Origin: an uncultured Bacteroidales bacterium
GTDB taxonomy: Bacteria; Bacteroidota; Bacteroidia; Bacteroidales; CAIWKO01
Reading direction: 5' to 3'
DNA: 29,119 bases
Assembly (NCBI GenBank): GCA_964574845.1
Contig: CAZNRQ010000002.1
Location: forward strand, 1 to 29,119
Every line of letters begins with the position of its first letter. Within the stretch, counting starts at the first letter, position 1. Below the pieces are notes generated by a model, which ran no database searches, was not told the origin of the DNA, and saw only the letters and a list, made by a program, of their open reading frames with translations. Shown piece by piece: positions 1 through 8,700 of this stretch. The translations under genes and the position numbers were made by a program.

Positions 1-125
1 CCCGGCTAGCGGTCGTTAACCTCCGGCTAGCGGTCGTTAACCTCCGGCTAAGCGTCGTTAACCCCCTTCACATCGTCGTTAACCTCCGGCTAACTGTCGT
101 TAGTCCCCTTCACATCGTCGATTTT
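1..125. repeat. 21-nt tandem repeat, about 6 units of two interleaved types, truncated at the window start
   Basis: Units at 1, 21, 42, 63, 84 and 105. Type A is CTCCGGCTA-NNN-GTCGTTAAC (1, 21, 42, 84); type B is CCCCTTCACATCGTCG-TTAAC/ATTTT (63, 105). GTTAAC closes the first four units. Confidence 0.95.
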
Positions 126-145
126 GTGCCATCCGTTGTTTATAC

Positions 146-178
146 AGTGGGAGTGCGACTCAATGTCGCGCCCCCACT
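146..178. repeat. GC-rich imperfect inverted repeat (REP-like hairpin)
   Basis: AGTGGGAGTGCGAC-TCAAT-GTCGCGCCCCCACT: 14-bp stem with one mismatch and one G-U pair, 5-nt loop. Confidence 0.6.
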
Positions 179-227
179 ATTTCCACACAGTCAGCCCGTG
201 CTGTTATTCAGGTCAGGAGTAACTCCC

Positions 228-287
228 AATCAGCGAAAATCATAAAAAATAATCATAAACATGCGCATCAATCAGCGCTAATCAGCG
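228..287. repeat. Three copies of AATCAGCG
   Basis: Exact 8-mers at 228-235, 270-277 and 280-287, just beyond the stop codon of the hydrolase. Confidence 0.6.
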
Positions 288-334
288 TCTTCCTTCTTAT
301 AACCCCCTCCAAAAAAACGGACCAACCGTGAACA

Positions 335-1741
335 TTATTTGGAAATGTCAGAAATCCATTTCCCGAGATATTCCAGCACCTCGGGGGCGAAGGTCTCTTC
401 TATGTCCACATATTCCGATGGCGAGCCCGTGGTGGCATGCTGAAACAAATGGTTGAGTCCCTCAAATTCCTTGATGGTGAAATGCTTATTACCAGCTTTG
501 GTCAGGTATTTCTTTATGGCTTCCAGATCCTGTTGGGGGGGCACCTGCAGGTCTTTGCTGCCGTTCACGGCCAGCACGGGGCACTTCACCCTTACGAGGT
601 ATTTGGCAGGATCGCTCTGCAGAAAATAACGGAACCAGGGAGTGAGTATCTGATAGACCGACTGCACCAGAATTTTTTTATCCAGACCGTATTTCTTTAT
701 GGTTTCGGGGTTCACGGTTTTCCAATATTCGTCTATCAGCACCCGCATCTTATCCGCAGCCTTTTTATCATCTTTTTCTTTTATGGCAATGGCATACATC
801 TTCTTGTTGAGGGCGGTATTGGCATCAATTTCCGATTGTGGCGTAGAGTCGGCTTTTTGTATCAGATCCGATTGCAGCAGCAGAATGTCTTCTCCTTTCA
901 GTCCGGGTCCGGCCAGCATCACCACGAAAGCTACCCCGGGGTTGCGTGCAGCCACCATGGGGGCAATCATGCCTCCTTCGCTGTGTCCCATAATGCCTAT
1001 CTTAGTGGCATCGATGCGGGCATCGTTCAGCAGAAAGGTAAAAGCCGCTTCGGCATCCTGAGCAAAATCGAGGGTGGTTGAAGTGGAAAATACTCCTTTG
1101 GATGCTCCTGTGCCCCTATCATCGTAGCGCAACACGGCAATACCCTGGCGGGTAAGATAATCGGCAATGACCAGGAAGGGTTTGTGACCCAGCAGTTCTT
1201 CGTTGCGGTTTTGAGGGCCCGAACCGCTCACCAGCACCACAGCAGGGAATTTCTTATCGCCCCGCGGCAGGGTAAGTGTGCCGGCAAAAGTGATACCGCT
1301 TTTGGCATCCGTAAAGCTCACTTCTTCCTCCTCATAGGGATAGGGTTTTTGTGGTTCCTGAGGGCGATTCATCTGCGGAAGCTGCTCCACTCTGGCCAGG
1401 TTCAGCACAAATTTGCGTCCCTGTATCCAATAACCTTTCAGGGTGTCGCCTGTGGCATTGAGCCTGCCTTTTACACTAGCAGGAACGTCGCGGCATTTCG
1501 CCAGCAGGGTGTCGTTATTGACGGTAGTTTTTTCCACCTCTATCCGCATGATACCCTGGTCGGGACTCATGAGGTATGATAGCAGCACCCCCGATGAATC
1601 GCTTACCGACAATCCTATGCGCAGCTTCTGCCCCTGCACCTGCAGGGTTCCCAGCCATTGGCCTGTGTAGGCATTAGGGTTTTGCGACAAAAGGATAAGG
1701 GAGAAAAGGGAGAACAAAGAGGAGAATAATATCTTTTTCAT
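335..1741 (-). CDS. Secreted alpha/beta-fold hydrolase (peptidase S9/esterase-like) with an N-terminal extra domain
   Basis: Nucleophile elbow GHSEGG, acid in GSKDLQV, His in GLNHLFQ, oxyanion region VSGSGPQNRNE. Signal peptide MKKILFSSLFSLFSLILLSQ favours the ATG at 1741 over the TTG at 1768 in the ORF track. Confidence 0.9.
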   Translation of the reverse strand: MKKILFSSLFSLFSLILLSQNPNAYTGQWLGTLQVQGQKLRIGLSVSDSSGVLLSYLMSPDQGIMRIEVEKTTVNNDTLLAKCRDVPASVKGRLNATGDTLKGYWIQGRKFVLNLARVEQLPQMNRPQEPQKPYPYEEEEVSFTDAKSGITFAGTLTLPRGDKKFPAVVLVSGSGPQNRNEELLGHKPFLVIADYLTRQGIAVLRYDDRGTGASKGVFSTSTTLDFAQDAEAAFTFLLNDARIDATKIGIMGHSEGGMIAPMVAARNPGVAFVVMLAGPGLKGEDILLLQSDLIQKADSTPQSEIDANTALNKKMYAIAIKEKDDKKAADKMRVLIDEYWKTVNPETIKKYGLDKKILVQSVYQILTPWFRYFLQSDPAKYLVRVKCPVLAVNGSKDLQVPPQQDLEAIKKYLTKAGNKHFTIKEFEGLNHLFQHATTGSPSEYVDIEETFAPEVLEYLGKWISDISK

Positions 1742-1765
1742 GGGGTAAATGTTTTTTTGGAAGAA

Positions 1766-1784
1766 CAAATTTAAATCAAATTTA
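1766..1784 (-). promoter_or_regulatory. Two tandem candidate Bacteroidota -7 promoter elements for the hydrolase
   Basis: CAAATTTA at 1766-1773 and 1777-1784 reads TAAATTTG on the minus strand (consensus TAnnTTTG), 25-43 nt upstream of the ATG. Confidence 0.55.
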
Positions 1785-1829
1785 GGCTAAAACAGAGATT
1801 GCCTTGTTTAATTTGACACTATCCCATCT

Positions 1830-1867
1830 GATCCTTTCACTGTTCCATCAGATTCTTTCACTGTTCC
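1830..1867. repeat. 17-nt direct repeat with 21-nt period in the divergent intergenic region
   Basis: GATCCTTTCACTGTTCC (1830-1846) and GATTCTTTCACTGTTCC (1851-1867), 16 of 17 identical. Confidence 0.85.
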
Positions 1868-1945
1868 TCCGTTTTCTGTTGTTTGTAATTTCCAACTACG
1901 CACCTAATGCTTTATCCCCTTTTTCCCCAATTTTCAAATAATTTG

Positions 1946-1953
1946 TAAATTTG
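1946..1953 (+). promoter_or_regulatory. Candidate -7 promoter element
   Basis: TAAATTTG, 25 nt upstream of ATG 1979. No clear TTTG -33 element. Confidence 0.55.
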
Positions 1954-1978
1954 TTCACTCAAAAAAATCTATAACATC

Positions 1979-2245
1979 ATGTTCGTAAAATTAAAAGGAA
2001 AAGATGGCCGCCCCGTCATGGTTCGCGATGGAGAGGCCTACCGCGAAGGTGCTGATGGCCGCATAGTAGCCATTCCCGAGGGCTACCGCTGGCGCGAAGG
2101 CCTCGACGGACGCGTAGTGGCCATACCTCCCGACTACAAATCGATGCGAGGCAACGATGGACGAATAGTCCTCATAGCTCCGGGATTCAAAAAGAAAACC
2201 AACCCTGACGGAAGCGTGGAGGTGGTTCCTATAAAAAAGAAATGA
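1979..2245 (+). CDS. Small basic hypothetical protein made of five 17-aa repeats
   Basis: ATG after an A-rich leader, candidate promoter upstream, and DG at residues 9, 26, 43, 60 and 77 (exact 17-aa period). No signal peptide. Confidence 0.75.
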   Translation: MFVKLKGKDGRPVMVRDGEAYREGADGRIVAIPEGYRWREGLDGRVVAIPPDYKSMRGNDGRIVLIAPGFKKKTNPDGSVEVVPIKKK

Positions 2246-2256
2246 ACTCCAGCGCC

Positions 2257-2289
2257 TTCGAAGATTCAGGATATTATTGTGTAAATTTG
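2257..2289 (+). promoter_or_regulatory. Candidate promoter for meaB
   Basis: TTCG (2257-2260), 21-nt spacer, TAAATTTG (2282-2289). Confidence 0.5.
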
Positions 2290-2308
2290 TAAAAAATCCC
2301 CAGCCATT

Positions 2309-3415
2309 GTGACCCCCAAGCCTGCCAAAAGCGCCCTAAAAGTTCAGAAAGGAATTGAACAGCCCTCAGTGGTCAATCAGGAAGCGGTGCGCAACATGGC
2401 AAACAAAAAACCTTCGGGCTTCACCACTCAGCAATTGTTTGATGGCATACGTCAGGGCAACATCACCCTGCTGAGCAAGGCCATCACCCTTATAGAAAGT
2501 ACCCTGCCCCAACATCAGTTGCAGGCACAGGAACTATTGAAACTTTGTTTGCCTCATTCGGGCCAGTCGGTCAGGGTGGGCATCACGGGAGTGCCCGGCG
2601 TGGGCAAAAGCTCCTTTATAGAAGTGTTGGGCAAACACCTCACCGCACAAAAAAAGAAGATAGCCGTGCTGGCTATTGATCCCAGCAGCTATTTGTCGAA
2701 AGGAAGCATACTGGGCGACAAAACCCGCATGGAAGAACTGGCCACCGATGCCATGGCTTTTATACGTCCTTCGCCCTCGGCAGGAACCCTGGGCGGTGTG
2801 GCTCAGAAAACCTGGGAAACCATCATACTTTGCGAAGCAGCCGGTTTTGAGATCATTTTTGTGGAAACGGTAGGAGTGGGGCAGTCGGAAACCCTGGTAC
2901 ATTCCATGGTCGATTTCTTTTTGCTGCTGATGCTGGCAGGCGCCGGCGACGAATTGCAGGGCATCAAACGCGGCATCATGGAAATGGCCGATGCCATCGT
3001 GATCAACAAAGCCGACGGAAACAACATAGCCAAAGCCAAAATGGCCAAAGCCGAATATCAGAATGCCCTTCACCTTTTTCCGTTGCCCGAATCGGGATGG
3101 TCGCCCCCGGTCACTACCTGCTCCTCCCGCGAGCGAAGCGGCATAGCCGAGGCCTGGCAGATAGTGGAAGATTACGTTGCCTTCACCCGGGCCAATGGTT
3201 ATTTTACTAAGAAACGGGCCGTGCAGGACATAGAATTGATGCATCATACCCTGAAAGAAGAAATACTGAAACACTTTTATCAGCACCCATTGGTGGCAAA
3301 GCGCCTCAGGCACATAGAAAAAGAAATTTCGGAAAAGAAGATCACCTCTTACAATGCCGCCCGCGAACTGGGTGAATTGTATTTTGCCTTGCTTCAAAAC
3401 AGCAAAAACGAATAA
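2309..3415 (+). CDS. meaB: Methylmalonyl-CoA mutase-associated GTPase MeaB (ArgK family)
   Basis: P-loop GITGVPGVGKSS, AIDPSS, SILGDKTRM, FIRPSPSAGTLGGVA, VETVGVGQSE, AGDELQGIKRGIME, NKAD. GTG start. Confidence 0.96.
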   Translation: MTPKPAKSALKVQKGIEQPSVVNQEAVRNMANKKPSGFTTQQLFDGIRQGNITLLSKAITLIESTLPQHQLQAQELLKLCLPHSGQSVRVGITGVPGVGKSSFIEVLGKHLTAQKKKIAVLAIDPSSYLSKGSILGDKTRMEELATDAMAFIRPSPSAGTLGGVAQKTWETIILCEAAGFEIIFVETVGVGQSETLVHSMVDFFLLLMLAGAGDELQGIKRGIMEMADAIVINKADGNNIAKAKMAKAEYQNALHLFPLPESGWSPPVTTCSSRERSGIAEAWQIVEDYVAFTRANGYFTKKRAVQDIELMHHTLKEEILKHFYQHPLVAKRLRHIEKEISEKKITSYNAARELGELYFALLQNSKNE

Positions 3416-3493
3416 TTTTTCAAAAAAAATTCACAGTTTCACAATTTTCGGCGAATAAATTACGTTTAAGAATAAAACGTTCGTATAATTTTT

Positions 3494-3501
3494 TATTTTT
3501 G
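3494..3501 (+). promoter_or_regulatory. Candidate -7 promoter element
   Basis: TATTTTTG, 20 nt upstream of ATG 3522. Confidence 0.45.
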
Positions 3502-3521
3502 TCCACTAAACCCCCAACAAA

Positions 3522-4364
3522 ATGAAAACATTAAAATTGTTAGCAGTCAGTCTTGCCCTCATAGTTTCGGCAGGCATTTTATTTTCTTCGTGCAAGAAGA
3601 AAGAAGATCCCAAAACCTACAGCTATCGTGCTGCTCTGGATAATTCTACGGCAGAAGGTATTTTCAGCCGTTCGTATAACCAGATATCAAAGGCTGCACA
3701 CCAGGTGGGAAGCAAAACCACTAATGATACCATAGCCGGTTGTCCTACCTTATATATTACCGGAACCTGGGGCAACTGGAACCTGGTACTTGATTTTGGA
3801 AGCAGTTGTATGGGTGATGACGGAATCGTTCGCAGCGGGAAAATAAATTCGCACGTAGTCGGCCTTTATGTGGATTCCAATTCGGTGGTTACTTCCACAT
3901 TCGACAATTATGTGGAAACCATCAACAATATACCTCATCAGGTACAGGGCACGCAGGTGATCACCAATCTAGGTCATAATCAGGCCGGACATCCTGTATT
4001 TTCGGTGGTTGTAACCGGAGCCAGTATCACCTATTCGGAAGGTACCATCAACTGGACCTCGACACGCGAGAACGAATGGATAGCCGGATACGACACCTAC
4101 ATGAATCCATTCGACGACGAATATAACGTAACCGGATCGGCCAACGGAACCGATATCAATGGTGCTGCTTTTACAGTGAATATTACGGCTCCTTTGCTTT
4201 GTAAATATTGCCCCTCCATCTACCGCTGGATAGTTGCTTCAGGCAAATTGGATGTTCTGAATGCAGGTTATCCAACCATTACAGTAGATTATGGTGATGG
4301 CTCCTGCGATCTGATATATTATGTAATCGTAAACGGAACCACCTATACTTTTGTGTGGGGATGA
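3522..4364 (+). CDS. Hypothetical lipoprotein, beta-rich
   Basis: Lipobox LFSS-C24 followed by KKKED. Thr/Gly/Asn-rich beta-strand pattern with additional cysteines. Confidence 0.88.
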   Translation: MKTLKLLAVSLALIVSAGILFSSCKKKEDPKTYSYRAALDNSTAEGIFSRSYNQISKAAHQVGSKTTNDTIAGCPTLYITGTWGNWNLVLDFGSSCMGDDGIVRSGKINSHVVGLYVDSNSVVTSTFDNYVETINNIPHQVQGTQVITNLGHNQAGHPVFSVVVTGASITYSEGTINWTSTRENEWIAGYDTYMNPFDDEYNVTGSANGTDINGAAFTVNITAPLLCKYCPSIYRWIVASGKLDVLNAGYPTITVDYGDGSCDLIYYVIVNGTTYTFVWG

Positions 4365-4380
4365 TAAAATATAAAGAAAG

Positions 4381-4409
4381 GCCCGCCCCATTGGGGCGGG
4401 TTTTTTTTT
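4381..4409 (+). terminator. Intrinsic terminator
   Basis: GCCCGCCCC-ATT-GGGGCGGGT stem followed by a T9 run (4401-4409). Confidence 0.85.
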
Positions 4410-4424
4410 GAAAAATAAAAACCC

Positions 4425-5225
4425 ATGAAGAAACTCCTGATCATTGTAGCCATAGTTTTCCTGTTATACATAAACTTATGCCTAGCAGTATTTTTCTTTC
4501 AGCAAAGTTTTATCTTTCATCCGGAAAAAGGATCACAACCCCCACCTGAAGACTTGGGTATTCAGGAGCATTGGATTCCTACTCAGGATGGGGTGGAATT
4601 GAATGCCTGGTGGATGCCTGTCGATACGAATGCTTACACGGTGCTTTTCTTTCACGGAAATGCGGGCAACATCTCGCGTGGCGAAAAACGCATGCGGCTG
4701 TTGCGCGAAATGGGGTTCAATGCTCTGGCCGTTGATTACCGGGGATTTGGCACCAGTACAGGGAAAATAGAGAATGAAGATGATATTTATGATGATGCCC
4801 AAGCCAGCTATGATTATCTGCAGAAGAAATTCGGAATAAAGGAAGACAAAATTATAATTTGGGGATGGTCGCTGGGAGGAGCCGTTGCGGTGAATCTGGC
4901 CCAAAACAAAAAGTGTCATGCACTGGTGATGGAAGCTACTTTTTATTCCATGCTCGATATGGCCAACCGCACCTTTTGGTATTTGCCCAACCGACTGACG
5001 CTGAACTTCGACTTCAGTTCGGGCGAAAAACTTTCAAAAGTAGCATGTCCGATATTATTTATTCACAGCCGGGAGGATAAAACGGTGCCATTTTCGCAGG
5101 GCGAAAAGCTTTTTGCGAAATGTCAGGGCAAGAAGAAATTTATTGAGATCAAGGGCGATCATAATCACGGTCTGTTTGATTCGAAAGACAAATTTATTCC
5201 GGAAGCCCTGCCATTTTTACAATAA
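4425..5225 (+). CDS. Alpha/beta hydrolase (ABHD/Bem46/YfhR-like) with an N-terminal membrane anchor
   Basis: FFHGNAGN, VDYRGFG, GWSLGG nucleophile elbow, HSREDKTVP, GDHN. Confidence 0.9.
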   Translation: MKKLLIIVAIVFLLYINLCLAVFFFQQSFIFHPEKGSQPPPEDLGIQEHWIPTQDGVELNAWWMPVDTNAYTVLFFHGNAGNISRGEKRMRLLREMGFNALAVDYRGFGTSTGKIENEDDIYDDAQASYDYLQKKFGIKEDKIIIWGWSLGGAVAVNLAQNKKCHALVMEATFYSMLDMANRTFWYLPNRLTLNFDFSSGEKLSKVACPILFIHSREDKTVPFSQGEKLFAKCQGKKKFIEIKGDHNHGLFDSKDKFIPEALPFLQ

Positions 5226-5301
5226 GAATAAAACAAAACTGCCACAATCCGCCGGTTGGCTGACTCAAAGAAAAAGCATTTATTTCACAAACACTTACAT
5301 T

Positions 5302-5502
5302 ATGAAAAACATAAAAATACTCCTGGCCTCGTTGTTATTTCTTTCTCTGGTAGCATGCGGCCCCAGCAAAGATGCCGAAGAAAAGGAAAAACGCAAACAG
5401 GATTCGTTGATGGAAATACAGCGCAATGCCGCACTGAACCACGCGGAACAATTGTTAAACGACACCACCGCAGCAGCGACAGATTCGGTAAAAACGAAAT
5501 AA
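5302..5502 (+). CDS. Small lipoprotein (66 aa)
   Basis: Internal ATG of the 5113..5502 frame gives MKNIKILLASLLFLSLVA-C-GPSKDAEEKE, a clean signal peptide II. The upstream part of the frame overlaps the previous gene and looks non-coding. Confidence 0.8.
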   Translation: MKNIKILLASLLFLSLVACGPSKDAEEKEKRKQDSLMEIQRNAALNHAEQLLNDTTAAATDSVKTK

Positions 5503-5683
5503 AAGGCCCTAGGGCCGAAATGTGGGCTGCTGTCTTTTTTGTTGAAAGGCAACATAACGGCAATAATAATACTCCTGTTAAAAGACTAAGGGTATATGTT
5601 GCAATTAGAAACAGGGTCGTTCGCCCATAAAATATTCCTGAAGAGCAGGGAGATTGCAAAATATTTTTCCACAAAATTGCCCC

Positions 5684-5709
5684 TGAATATTCAATATTAA
5701 CTAAATTCG
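5684..5709 (+). promoter_or_regulatory. Candidate nifJ promoter with an adjacent palindrome
   Basis: TAAATTCG (5702-5709, one mismatch to TAnnTTTG) preceded by the perfect palindrome TGAATATTCA (5684-5693). Confidence 0.4.
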
Positions 5710-5771
5710 CAGCAAATTTGAAAGCAAAAAAATATTAATCATATTATCAGGAGTTTAACAGATTTATAGAA

Positions 5772-8700
5772 ATGGAAACTAAAAAGAAATTTATCACTTG
5801 TGACGGGAACTATGCGGCATCCTATATTGCCTATATGTTTACAGAAGTAGCCTGTATTTATCCTATCACGCCTTCATCGAATATGGCCGAAAACATTGAT
5901 GAATGGGCAGCGGCAGGCAAAAAGAATATTTTTGGCGAAACAGTTACCTTGTCCGAAATGCAATCAGAAGCAGGCGCTGCAGGTGCTTTGCACGGAGCAC
6001 TTCAGGCCGGTTCGTTGGCAGCTACCTATACTGCTTCGCAGGGATTGTTGTTAATGATCCCCAATATGTACAAAATATCGGGTGAATTGCTGCCGGGCGT
6101 ATTGCATGTTTCGGCCCGCAGCCTGGCAGCTCAGGCCCTATCTATTTTCGGAGACCATAGCGATGTTATGAGTACACGTCAATCGGGTTTTGCCATGCTG
6201 GCTACCGGAAGCGTTCAGGAAATCATGGATATTGCTGCGGTTGCACATTTTACTGCTATCAAATCGAGGGTTCCTTTCCTTCACTTTTTTGACGGATTCC
6301 GTACATCACATGAAATTCAAAAGGTAGAAGCACCTGCCATGGAAGATCTGGAAAAACTTTTGGACAAAAAAGCTTTACAAGAATTCCGCGATCGCGCTTT
6401 GAATCCTGAACATCCCGTAACCCGCGGTACTGCACAGAATCCTGATATTTATTTCCAGTCGCGCGAAGCTGCCAATAAATATTACGACGCCGTTCCCGAT
6501 ATGGTAGAAGACTATATGCAGAAACTGAAAGCCATCACCGGACGCGAATATCATCCTTTCACTTATTATGGTGCCAAAAATCCTGAAAACATAGTAATTG
6601 CTATGGGGTCAATCACCGATACTCTGAAAGAAGTTATAGATTACCTGATTGAAAAGGGAGAAAAAGTGGGTTTGATCTCAGTACATTTGTATCGTCCTTT
6701 CTCTGCAAAATATTTCTTCAAAGTATTTCCTGAATCAGTAAAACGCATCACCGTTCTTGACCGTACCAAAGAAATTGGAGCCAACGGCGATCCTTTGTAT
6801 CTGGATGTGGAAGACCTGTTCTATAACAGACCCAATGCACCTATGATCGTCGGAGGTCGTTACGGATTAAGTTCCAAAGACACCACCCCGGCTATGATGC
6901 TTTCGGTGTTCGAGAACATGAAACTCAACGAACCTAAAAACCAGTTCACTGTGGGTATTGTGGATGATGTTACATTCAAATCATTACCTCTTTTACCTGA
7001 GATCAGCGTTTCATCCAAAGGAACTTACGAAGCTAAGTTTTATGGTATAGGTGCTGACGGTACAGTAGGTGCTAATAAAAACTCTATCAAGATTATCAGC
7101 GACACTACTGATAAATATTGTCAGGCATATTTTGCTTATGATTCAAAGAAATCGGGTGGTATCACTGTATCGCATCTTCGTTTCGGCGACAAAGCCATCC
7201 GTTCCCCTTATCTGGTTAATACGCCTGACTTTGTAGCTTGCCACGTTCCTGCTTATTTGGAAAAATATGACATGCTGAAAGGTTTGAAAAAAGGCGGCAC
7301 CTTTCTGTTGAACAGTATATGGGACGTGGAAGAAACCAAAGAGCGTCTTCCTGATCACATGAAAAAATTCATGGCAGAAAACGAAATAAAGTTCTATACC
7401 ATTAACGCTACCAAAATTGCAGAAGAGATTGGTTTGGGCAACAGAACCAACACCATCACCCAGACTGCTTTTTTCAAGGTTTCGAACGTAATACCTTTCG
7501 AACTGGCTGTAAAAGAAATGAAAACAGCTATTGAAAAAACATACGGACGCAAGGGCGACGACATTGTGAAGATGAACATTGCTTCCATCGACAAAGGTCA
7601 TGAAGAAGTTGTAGAAATTCCGGTTCCTGCTGAATGGAAGAATATCACTATAAAAAAAGTAACAGTTGAAGATAATCGTCCTGATTTTATTAAGAATGTT
7701 TTCGATCCCATCAATGCCATGAAAGGCGACGATCTGCCTGTAAGCGCATTTTTGGATCGTGAAGACGGAACCTTCCCTTCAGGTAGCACCCGTTACGAAA
7801 AACGTGGTATTGCTGTAAATGTACCTGAATGGGCTCCTGAAAACTGTATACAATGTAATCAGTGTGCTTATGTTTGTCCTCATGCTGCTATTCGTCCTTT
7901 CCTGATGAACGAATCGGATATGAAAACTTTGCCTGAGGGAACCAGCACCTTAAAAGCCATTGGTAAGGATCTGGAAGGACTTCAGTTCCGCATTCAGGTG
8001 AGTGTTTTGGATTGTACAGGTTGCGGTAACTGCGCTGACATTTGTCCTTCAAAAACAAAGGCACTGGTGATGAAACCTCTGGGTACACAGGAAGCCGAAA
8101 TTGCAAGATACGAATTCATGGATGATAAAATAGGCTATAAAACCCAAGGCATTGATATCTTCAAAACCTTTAAGAATAGTCAGTTTGCTCAGCCATTGTT
8201 CGAGTTCTCTGGAGCTTGCGCCGGTTGTGGTGAAACTCCATATATCAAACTGATTACCCAGCTTTATGGAGACAGAATGATAGTTGCTAATGCTACAGGT
8301 TGTTCATCCATCTATGGTGGTTCAGCACCAGCCACTCCTTATTGTGCCAACAAAGAAGGAAAAGGCGTTGCCTGGGCCAATTCGCTATTCGAAGATAATG
8401 CCGAATACGGATATGGTATTGGAATTGGTGTAAATAAAATGCGTCAACGGATCGAAAGATTAATGCATAATGCTTTGGAGTCAGATCTTTCCGGTGAAAT
8501 CAAGGAGGCCTTCAAAGAATGGATTGCAGGCATGAACAATGCTGAAGCATCAAAGATTGCCTCTGAAAAGGTGCTGAAACTGATCTCAACATCAGCTAAT
8601 CCGATTGCTAAAGAAATCATGGCCCTGAAGCAATATCTGATCAAAAAATCAGTATGGATCTTCGGTGGTGATGGTTGGGCTTATGATATTGGTTACGGTG

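Noticed and set aside
1-125. CRISPR array
   Set aside because: The units are contiguous 21-mers with no unique spacers, and there are no cas genes in the window.
437-1670. Plus-strand ORFs 437..1081, 699..1061, 1184..1579 and 1443..1670
   Set aside because: Antisense shadows of the well-supported hydrolase, with no recognisable motifs.
2534-3397. 287-aa minus-strand ORF
   Set aside because: Entirely antisense to meaB, with no domain signature.
5113-5674. Overlapping ORFs 5113..5502 (full length), 5256..5630, 5295..5555 and 5300..5674
   Set aside because: Only the lipoprotein from ATG 5302 has a credible signal. The rest overlap it and lack features.
5540-5700. TPP riboswitch upstream of the TPP-dependent PFOR
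   Set aside because: There are small hairpins (GCAACATA/TATGTTGC, CCTG-AAGAG-CAGG), but the conserved CTGAGA core and TPP aptamer layout are absent.
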